From Acutalibacteraceae bacterium (GTDB taxonomy: Bacteria; Bacillota; Clostridia; Oscillospirales; Acutalibacteraceae): 54,823 nt of DNA. The notes beneath the pieces were generated by a model. It was not told the DNA's origin. It saw nothing but the letters and a program-made list of their open reading frames with translations, and made no database searches. The stretch spans positions 1 to 54,823 of the forward strand of contig JAZOQN010000091.1 in the NCBI GenBank assembly GCA_045656125.1, written 5' to 3'. This document shows, piece by piece, positions 38,012 to 44,789 of the stretch (its first letter is position 1; every line of letters begins with the position of its first letter). The translations under genes and the position numbers were made by a program.

Positions 38012-38049
38012 TAAAAAGCAGGCGTTAGCCTGCTTTTTCGTTTTTTTTG
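38012..38049 (+). terminator. lepA terminator
   Basis: aaaaagcaggc-gtta-gcctgcttttt, followed by a long T-run. Confidence 0.85.
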
Positions 38050-38070
38050 TTTTGCGGCGGCACCAAGGCA

Positions 38071-38123
38071 CCGCCCTACATTATGCAATTTAATATATTG
38101 TAGGGCGGGGGTTTACTCCCGCC
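38071..38123. repeat. GC-rich nested palindromic intergenic element
   Basis: ccgccctaca (38071-38080) pairs with tgtagggcgg (38099-38108). ggcggg (38104-38109) pairs with cccgcc (38118-38123). The element is GC-rich in an AT-rich spacer, just downstream of the minus-strand gene that ends at 38130. Confidence 0.5.
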
Positions 38124-38129
38124 GTAAAA

Positions 38130-38774
38130 CTATGTAACACAATATTTTCTCTCGTTTTCAAGCATACAAAGTAATTCGGCGGGGTTAACCCCGTGGTTTA
38201 ATAAAATCCGGTATTGTTCGGGGATTTTTTCAATAACGGCTTGTTGGTCAATTCCACGCCCGCCGCACCCGAACAATATGCCCGAAGTTGCAATGCCTTT
38301 TGTTGAAAAGCAAACATCACAGTCGCATAGATGTATCGGATTTTCAGTAATTTCAGGGCAAATGCCGGTTGATTTTAACCAAAAATCACACAAGTTATCA
38401 ATGTTTCGTTCGGTGCAGATTACCGTTTCCTCAGCGTGAGCAATCAGCCGAGGTAAAATGGGGTTTTCAAGGTGGTGTGTGTCGGGGTCGTAAATCCCGA
38501 TTTTTAAGTTATAACCGATTTTTGACAGTACGAAACGTGAAAATTCTGAAAATAACAAATTTTCCTTAAAAAAGGTTGTATCAAAAGGTCTGATTTCACC
38601 GTAGTCACAAAATTTTGAAAAAATCACTTCGCCGTTGTATTTTTGCAGTATTTTTTTAAGCTTTTTCGTGTTTGGTTTTTGAGATACTGTTATAATTCCC
38701 ACAACGCCAAGATGCTGCTCGGTGATTTTGGTTTTTCTTTTAAAATCGTCATTTTTTATTACCGTTGCAAACAT
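38130..38774 (-). CDS. Hypothetical cytoplasmic protein, no recognised family
   Basis: 214 aa with no TM or signal peptide. It has several Cys (CDCDVC, GCGG). It is the only minus-strand gene between lepA and metY. Confidence 0.55.
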   Translation of the reverse strand: MFATVIKNDDFKRKTKITEQHLGVVGIITVSQKPNTKKLKKILQKYNGEVIFSKFCDYGEIRPFDTTFFKENLLFSEFSRFVLSKIGYNLKIGIYDPDTHHLENPILPRLIAHAEETVICTERNIDNLCDFWLKSTGICPEITENPIHLCDCDVCFSTKGIATSGILFGCGGRGIDQQAVIEKIPEQYRILLNHGVNPAELLCMLENERKYCVT

Positions 38775-38889
38775 AATCCCACCCCCATAAATTTTATGGA
38801 TGAACGGTGGTTTATATTACCGTAACCAACATTTCGCAACTAAAGGGTGCGGCGTTTTAAAAATGGCAATATTTTTGAGTAATTTTTAC

Positions 38890-38918
38890 TTGAAAAGAGG
38901 AGTATAACGTGGTAATAT
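38890..38918 (+). promoter_or_regulatory. Sigma-A type promoter for metY
   Basis: TTGAAA (38890-38895), 17 nt, TAATAT (38913-38918) with TGg as extended -10. Confidence 0.6.
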
Positions 38919-38979
38919 AAAGTTGTATACATATATACTCTTGTAAATTGGAGAGTTTTTTGAAAGGAAGTCTTTTTTG

Positions 38980-40254
38980 ATGAGTCATATTAACACCAAG
39001 TGTGTTCAGGAGGGCTATGAGCCTAAAAGCGGTGAAGCAAGAGTTTTGCCGATTTATCAGAGCACAACTTTTAAATATGAAGATGCTAAAACTTTAGGCG
39101 ACTTGTTTGATTTTAATGCTTCGGGTCACTTTTATACTCGCTTGAGCAACCCGACTGTTGAAGCAGTCGAGAAAAAGATTGCCGCTTTAGAGGGCGGTGT
39201 TGGTGCAATGCTTTGTTCTTCAGGGCAGGGTGCAACCACTGCCGCAATCCTTACTGTTTGCTCGGCAGGTGACCATATTGTTTCGTCAAGTTCAATTTAT
39301 GGCGGTTCATTCAATCTTTTGAACATTACACTTCGCAAATTGGGGATTGACACTACCTTTGTTTCGCCTGATGCCTCATCAGAGGAGATTGAGGCTGCCA
39401 TTCGTCCCGAAACAAAGTTGCTTTTCGGTGAAACGGTTGCTAACCCTGCATTAACTGTTTTGGATATTGAACGTTGGGCAGAGGTTGCTCACAAACATCA
39501 GATGCCGTTGTTTGTCGATAACACTTTCCCGTCACCTGTTAATTGTCGTCCGTTTGAATGGGGTGCTGACATTGTTTTGCACTCGACCTCAAAATATATG
39601 GACGGTCACGCAATGGCTTTGGGCGGATGCGTAGTTGATTCCGGCAAGTTTGACTGGACTGCTTCACCTCGTTTTAAGGCATTCTGTGCTCCTGACGAAT
39701 CGTATCACGGCTTGGTTTACCCCGAAAAATTCGGTGCTGCCGCATTTATTGCAAAGGCACGTGCCCAGTTGATGAGAGACGTCGGTATGATGATGTCACC
39801 GATGAACGCATTTTTACTTAATGTCGGTCTTGAAACGTTGCATTTAAGAATGCCGGCACACTGTTCTAACGCTCAAAAGGTCGCAGAATTTTTGGAGTCT
39901 AACCCCAAAATCGCTTGGGTTAATTTCCCCGGTTTGAAGTCCAATAAGTATAATGAGTTGGCAAATAAATATATGCCCAACGGCACCTGCGGTGTTATTT
40001 CGTTTGGCATTAAAGGCGGCAGAGAGGCAGCAGGTAAGTTTATGGAAAGCGTAAAATTGGCAGCTCCCGTAATTCATGTTGCTGATGCCAGAACTTGTGT
40101 TTTGCATCCTGCTTCAACAACTCACCGTCAGTTGTCCGACCAACAGCTTATTGAATGTGGTGTAACACCTGACCTTATTAGAATGTCGGTTGGTATTGAA
40201 CATGTTGACGATATTATTGCCGATATTTCGCAAGCTTTGGATAAGTGTAATTAA
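38980..40254 (+). CDS. metY: O-acetylhomoserine sulfhydrylase (PLP-dependent, Cys/Met metabolism family)
   Basis: About 424 aa: TKCVQEGYEP...PIYQSTTFKYED, with the PLP-lysine region HSTSKYMDGH. Confidence 0.88.
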   Translation: MSHINTKCVQEGYEPKSGEARVLPIYQSTTFKYEDAKTLGDLFDFNASGHFYTRLSNPTVEAVEKKIAALEGGVGAMLCSSGQGATTAAILTVCSAGDHIVSSSSIYGGSFNLLNITLRKLGIDTTFVSPDASSEEIEAAIRPETKLLFGETVANPALTVLDIERWAEVAHKHQMPLFVDNTFPSPVNCRPFEWGADIVLHSTSKYMDGHAMALGGCVVDSGKFDWTASPRFKAFCAPDESYHGLVYPEKFGAAAFIAKARAQLMRDVGMMMSPMNAFLLNVGLETLHLRMPAHCSNAQKVAEFLESNPKIAWVNFPGLKSNKYNELANKYMPNGTCGVISFGIKGGREAAGKFMESVKLAAPVIHVADARTCVLHPASTTHRQLSDQQLIECGVTPDLIRMSVGIEHVDDIIADISQALDKCN

Positions 40255-40272
40255 TATTTTTTAATTTCGGCA

Positions 40273-41010
40273 ATGGGAGGGATACTTCTGGTTGACCTGC
40301 ATACACATATTTTACCCAACATTGATGACGGTGCCGAAAGCTTAAGTGATGCTTTGGAAATGATTAGTCTTGCTTATGCTAATGGAACGACTGATATTGT
40401 GTTAACTCCGCATTATTTAATACGTGACAGGCGGTTTGGCTTTATAAGTAAAGATGAGATACTTTTCAAGTTTAACGAGTTTAAGGCGTTGGTTGCAAAA
40501 CGGTATCCTGAAATTAATGTTTACTACGGAGCTGAGATGTTTGGGGTTAACAATGTAGAAGACGTTATCGCCGATAATCAGCTAATAACCATTAACAACA
40601 GTCGTTATGTTTTGGTTGAGTTTGGATTTGATGACAGTTTGGAAAGGACTTTAGAGGTCACTTCTAAGTTGGTTTCTTTTGGGTTGGTTCCAATTATTGC
40701 TCACCCTGAAAGGTACACCTTTTTAAAGGAAGCACCTACCGATGCAGAAAAGTTTTTGCAAAGAAAAGCATTGCTTCAAATAAACACAACAAGTATTTTT
40801 GGTTTGAGCGGTGAGGAGTCGCAAATTGCAGCCAAGGAGTTTTTGGAAAGAAAATGGGTATCTTTCGTAGCAAGTGATGCACATAATCCGTATCGTCGTA
40901 CTCCGGACCTTTCTGAAGCTTATTCGGTTGTTTCGGATAAATATGGCGAGAATGTTGCAAAAGATATTTTTTACAACAATCCGTTGTCAGTAATCTGTAA
41001 GGAGATTTAA
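40273..41010 (+). CDS. cpsB: PHP-family protein-tyrosine phosphatase, CpsB/YwqE type
   Basis: 245 aa: VDLHTHILPNIDDGA, then HPERY and SDAHN metal-binding motifs. There is no SD before the ATG at 40273. A GGGAGGG at 40275-40281 precedes an in-frame CTG at 40288, so the start is slightly uncertain. Confidence 0.85.
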   Translation: MGGILLVDLHTHILPNIDDGAESLSDALEMISLAYANGTTDIVLTPHYLIRDRRFGFISKDEILFKFNEFKALVAKRYPEINVYYGAEMFGVNNVEDVIADNQLITINNSRYVLVEFGFDDSLERTLEVTSKLVSFGLVPIIAHPERYTFLKEAPTDAEKFLQRKALLQINTTSIFGLSGEESQIAAKEFLERKWVSFVASDAHNPYRRTPDLSEAYSVVSDKYGENVAKDIFYNNPLSVICKEI

Positions 41011-41012
41011 AG

Positions 41013-41846
41013 ATGAGAATATTAAGAATCATAACTGTTATAATGGCAGTCGTTGTATTGTTGGGTGGAGGTTATTTGTTTATAACATCTGACGGTATGG
41101 ATGATGCACCGGTGTTAGAGTGTTCTGTTGACGGAATTATCGAAGCAACCGTTGCAACCACCGACCAGGAACTGTTGTCTTATGTTAAGGCGTTCGACAA
41201 AAAGGACGGTGATTTAACCGATAAAATAAAGGTTATACGTAAGAATTTGTTTTTGGATGTTCAAGAAAAATCAACATTGGTTACTTTTGCGGTTTGCGAC
41301 AGTGATAACAACGTTTCCAGTGTAACTCGCAAAATGGTATTGACTGATTACCGTTCTCCCAGAATTTCTTTGAGTTATGATTTTATTTTCCCAAGTGGAT
41401 ATGCATACAAATTAGCTCAATATGTTTCTGCGAATGATGTTATTGACGGTGATTTGACTTCGTATGTAAAACTCATTTCTTCCGAGTTTAACAACATTGA
41501 GGGAGAGTATGCAGTTAATTTGAAGGTCTCCAATAGTATGGCTGATACAACTCAGGTCACATTTAACGCAATTGTCAGTGATGAGCAGTGGTTTGAAGTA
41601 AAAATCAGATTGATAGACTATGCCGCTTATACAACGGTCGGTCAAAAGTATGATTACAAAGCACAGATTGAACGTATTTCCCATAAAAATAAGGAACTCG
41701 AAGAGTACAGGCTTGAGGATATAAAGATTGACGATAGTGAAGTTGATTATTCCAAACCGGGCACATACAATGTGTTCTATACTATTACCGACGGCGGCGA
41801 AGTTGTTACAAAAACAAGATTGTTGCTCATTGTGACGGAGGGTTGA
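41013..41846 (+). CDS. Membrane-anchored protein with two Ig-like (DUF5011-type) repeats
   Basis: 277 aa with an N-terminal TM. The signature AFDKKDGDLTDKIKV is repeated as ANDVIDGDLTSYVKL. It is tightly packed between cpsB (2-nt gap) and the first kinase (1-nt gap). Confidence 0.55.
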   Translation: MRILRIITVIMAVVVLLGGGYLFITSDGMDDAPVLECSVDGIIEATVATTDQELLSYVKAFDKKDGDLTDKIKVIRKNLFLDVQEKSTLVTFAVCDSDNNVSSVTRKMVLTDYRSPRISLSYDFIFPSGYAYKLAQYVSANDVIDGDLTSYVKLISSEFNNIEGEYAVNLKVSNSMADTTQVTFNAIVSDEQWFEVKIRLIDYAAYTTVGQKYDYKAQIERISHKNKELEEYRLEDIKIDDSEVDYSKPGTYNVFYTITDGGEVVTKTRLLLIVTEG

Positions 41847-41847
41847 T

Positions 41848-43221
41848 ATGAAAAAATTTGATTTTTCCCGATTTAATTTATATACAATTCTTCGTGACAT
41901 ATTAATTAACTGGTGGGTAATATTACTTGCATTGATTGTCGGTTTTGTCGGAAGCTTTTCGTATTATAACTTCTTACATAAGCAAAAGTACGTTAGCAGC
42001 ATGACTGTTTCAATTAACTTGAGTGGCTACACCAGTGAAGCAACCGCTTTGTCTTTGGCAAGAACTGTTGTTATTGCTGAAAACCTTGATGACGTTTTTC
42101 AGAGTAACGCTTTGCGTGATGTTGTTGAAAAGGATATGGGAACAACGCTTACTGGCCAAATAACAGCTCAGCAAATACCCGAAACTAACCTTATAAAAAT
42201 TTCGGTAGCGGATGTTACTCCGTCAAAAGCTTATGACACATTGGTATCAATTTATAATAACTATTATAAAGTTACCGACTATGTTTTCACCAACGTAATT
42301 ATAAGAACGGTTGCCAACCCTGATATGCCGGGAACCACCGCAGCTGCGATGAGTTCGATGTCTTATGGTGTTTTGTTTGGTACTGTTGCAGTGATTATCG
42401 TTGTTGCAATCATTGTGTTGTTGTCATTCCTGCGTAACACAATTAAAAACGCTTCAGATGTTGAAAAAGAGCTTGAAATGAAATTGTTTGGCACTGTTTC
42501 TCATGTTAAGAAACTGAGCCGAGATTTACCGCCGGCAAAAAAGCGTTTGGTTATTACTAATCCTTTAATCGGTCCCGGTTTTGCCAATAGTTTCAAAAAG
42601 ATGGCTATTAAACTTGAAAGTTTGTACAGAACTAAAAATTATAAAACAGTTATGGTTACCAGTGTTGCCGAAAATGAGGGCAAGACCAGCGTTTCGGTTA
42701 ATATTGCACTTGCTCTTGCTCATAACGGACACCGCGTTTTATTGCTTGACGGTGACTTTAAGAATCCCTCGATTTTCCGTTTCTTTGATGATATTGACAA
42801 ATCAAGCGAAACAGATTTTAGAAATCTTTTTGGCACAGAAGACGATGTTTCCAAGTTTATTAAATGTGACCCCTCAACCGGTTTATATGTAATCGGAAAC
42901 TCAAAGCCTTACAGTGATTCAGAAGATACATTAAGCGGTTCGCAGTTTATAAACGTATTCAATCAGTTGAAAGAATCGTTTGACTATATTATTGTTGATA
43001 CTCCGCCTTGCGGAATAACCGTTGATGCTGAAATACTGTCCAGTGTTGTTGACGTGGCATTGATTGTTGTGCGACAGGATGTTGTTCAAGTTGGTGACAT
43101 TAATGACCAAATTGAAAATTTGGACAAATGTTATTTGGCAGGATGTGTTTTCAATGATATTTACACCATTGGACGCGGGGACGACGAATATTACTCAAAT
43201 CAAGAGTCAGTAAACGGATAA
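41848..43221 (+). CDS. Fused Wzz (PCP) domain + BY-type tyrosine kinase, copy 1 (canonical motifs, minimal Tyr tail)
   Basis: 457 aa with two TM flanking an extracellular segment of about 125 aa. Walker A ENEGKTS (about 42670-42690), Walker A' LLLDGDFKNP (42739-42768), Walker B IIVDTPP (42988-43008). The C-terminus ...GRGDDEYYSNQESVNG has only two Tyr. Confidence 0.8.
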   Translation: MKKFDFSRFNLYTILRDILINWWVILLALIVGFVGSFSYYNFLHKQKYVSSMTVSINLSGYTSEATALSLARTVVIAENLDDVFQSNALRDVVEKDMGTTLTGQITAQQIPETNLIKISVADVTPSKAYDTLVSIYNNYYKVTDYVFTNVIIRTVANPDMPGTTAAAMSSMSYGVLFGTVAVIIVVAIIVLLSFLRNTIKNASDVEKELEMKLFGTVSHVKKLSRDLPPAKKRLVITNPLIGPGFANSFKKMAIKLESLYRTKNYKTVMVTSVAENEGKTSVSVNIALALAHNGHRVLLLDGDFKNPSIFRFFDDIDKSSETDFRNLFGTEDDVSKFIKCDPSTGLYVIGNSKPYSDSEDTLSGSQFINVFNQLKESFDYIIVDTPPCGITVDAEILSSVVDVALIVVRQDVVQVGDINDQIENLDKCYLAGCVFNDIYTIGRGDDEYYSNQESVNG

Positions 43222-43233
43222 GGAGGAAGCGTT

Positions 43234-44718
43234 ATGAATATTGACAATATTGAAAACAGACCGGACGAAGCAGAAGTAAGCGCGGTGCAGGTTTTAAAAC
43301 GCTTCTTTGAAAGTTTTAAAAGACTTTGGTGGGTTTCGTTAGTATGTTGCGTAGTGTTATCGGCGGTTTCGTTTGTTTATTTTAAGTCTAATTTTGTGCC
43401 GATGTACCGCTCGGAAGCTAAATTTACCATTATGCCTTTGGTTAGCGGTGACGCATCAAACGGTGCCAGTGTTTATAGTTTCAACTATAACGAAACATTA
43501 GCAGAGCAGATGGCTAATACTTTCCCACATGTTATTAGTTCCGGAATAATGAACGATATAGTTGTAAACGATTTAAAAAGACCGTTTAGCGGTTCAATTT
43601 CGGCAAACGCCGTTGCCAACACTAATATTTTTGAAGTGTCGGTTACCAGTGCATCAGCACAGGATGCATACGATATTATTTGTTCTGTTATGGAGAACTA
43701 TCCTAAGGTTGCAGAATACATTATCGGTGACACTAGAATGACCATAATTGAGGGTTCTGAACCCGTGCTTTCAACGAAACCTTATAACGCCGGCAGTTAT
43801 GTAAAAAATGTTTTAATTTTTGCGTTTTTAGGAATAGTTATAGGTTTGTTCGTGGCATTTTTGGATATGTATTTCTGTAAAGTTATTCTTAACCGTGAGG
43901 ATATTGAATCCAACTTTAACGGCAAGTGCATTTGTGAAATTCCGGAAGTTAAGAAGCGTCGCGAACATTCTTCGGTTGCTATTCTTAAAGCCAATCCGAA
44001 TTTAACCGGATTTGCTGAAGCTGTCAAGGTGTTAAAGCAACGTGTCCGTCATTCAATGACTGTGAACGAAACAAAGGTTGTCGGCGTAACAAGTTCAATG
44101 GTGGGCGAGGGTAAAACCACTGTTGCATACAACCTTGCCAATTCTTTGTCTAATGGTGAGGAAAAAGTTCTTCTTATTGATATGAACTTTGGTAATCGCA
44201 GTATTCAAAAGAGTCTTAACCATAAAAAAGAGGTTTCAAATTACGGTTTGGCAGAAGTTGTAAACGGCAAAGTAGAGTTGGATGATGTTATTAACTCTGT
44301 TTCTGAAACATTTGATGTTATATTTGCCGGTGAAGACAACGTTAAATTTATAACAGCAAAGTTCACTCCGATTTTTGAAAAATTAAGAGAACAGTATAAA
44401 TATATTGTTGTCGATATGCCAACCTGCGGTGTTGATTCAGAAACAGTTGCTATTGCTGATTTGTGTGATGAGGCCTTGTTTGTAACTCGTGCTAATAAGG
44501 TTTCGCCTGAAAAGGTATATGATGCACTTAAAGATTTGGCATTTAGTAATGTTAAAATCACAGGATTTGTGCTTAATGCTGCAAACGAAGCCAATACATA
44601 TTATTATTACGGTCGTTACGGCACACGCCGTTATGGCTACGGTTACGGCTATGGACATTATAAAACCGAAAATCAGCCGGCTGATGATTACGAATACAAA
44701 TCCAGTCAGCAGAAATAA
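43234..44718 (+). CDS. Fused Wzz (PCP) domain + BY-kinase-like domain, copy 2 (degenerate A'/B motifs, very Tyr-rich tail)
   Basis: 494 aa with the same architecture. Walker A GEGKTT (44104-44121), but A' is LLIDMNFGNRS (DxD becomes DxN and the basic residue is lost) and B is IVVDMPT. The tail NTYYYYGRYGTRRYGYGYGYGHYKTENQPADDYEYK has 12 Tyr in 36 residues (44596-44715). AAGGAGG SD. Confidence 0.8.
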   Translation: MNIDNIENRPDEAEVSAVQVLKRFFESFKRLWWVSLVCCVVLSAVSFVYFKSNFVPMYRSEAKFTIMPLVSGDASNGASVYSFNYNETLAEQMANTFPHVISSGIMNDIVVNDLKRPFSGSISANAVANTNIFEVSVTSASAQDAYDIICSVMENYPKVAEYIIGDTRMTIIEGSEPVLSTKPYNAGSYVKNVLIFAFLGIVIGLFVAFLDMYFCKVILNREDIESNFNGKCICEIPEVKKRREHSSVAILKANPNLTGFAEAVKVLKQRVRHSMTVNETKVVGVTSSMVGEGKTTVAYNLANSLSNGEEKVLLIDMNFGNRSIQKSLNHKKEVSNYGLAEVVNGKVELDDVINSVSETFDVIFAGEDNVKFITAKFTPIFEKLREQYKYIVVDMPTCGVDSETVAIADLCDEALFVTRANKVSPEKVYDALKDLAFSNVKITGFVLNAANEANTYYYYGRYGTRRYGYGYGYGHYKTENQPADDYEYKSSQQK

Positions 44719-44733
44719 TGGTAAAATATTAAA

Positions 44734-44772
44734 ACAAAAAGTTCAGGTGATTTTTATCACCTGAACTTTTTT
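44734..44772. terminator. Bidirectional terminator (kinase operon / yfhO convergent)
   Basis: aaaaagttcaggtga-ttttta-tcacctgaactttttt, a perfect 10-bp stem with A and T runs. Confidence 0.85.
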
Positions 44773-44789
44773 GTGTCTATAAAGAGTGT

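Noticed and set aside
38775-38979. Possible SAM (S-box) riboswitch or T-box upstream of metY
   Set aside because: I could not find the conserved S-box helices or core, or a T-box sequence with specifier arrangement. The predicted promoter leaves only about 55 nt of leader.
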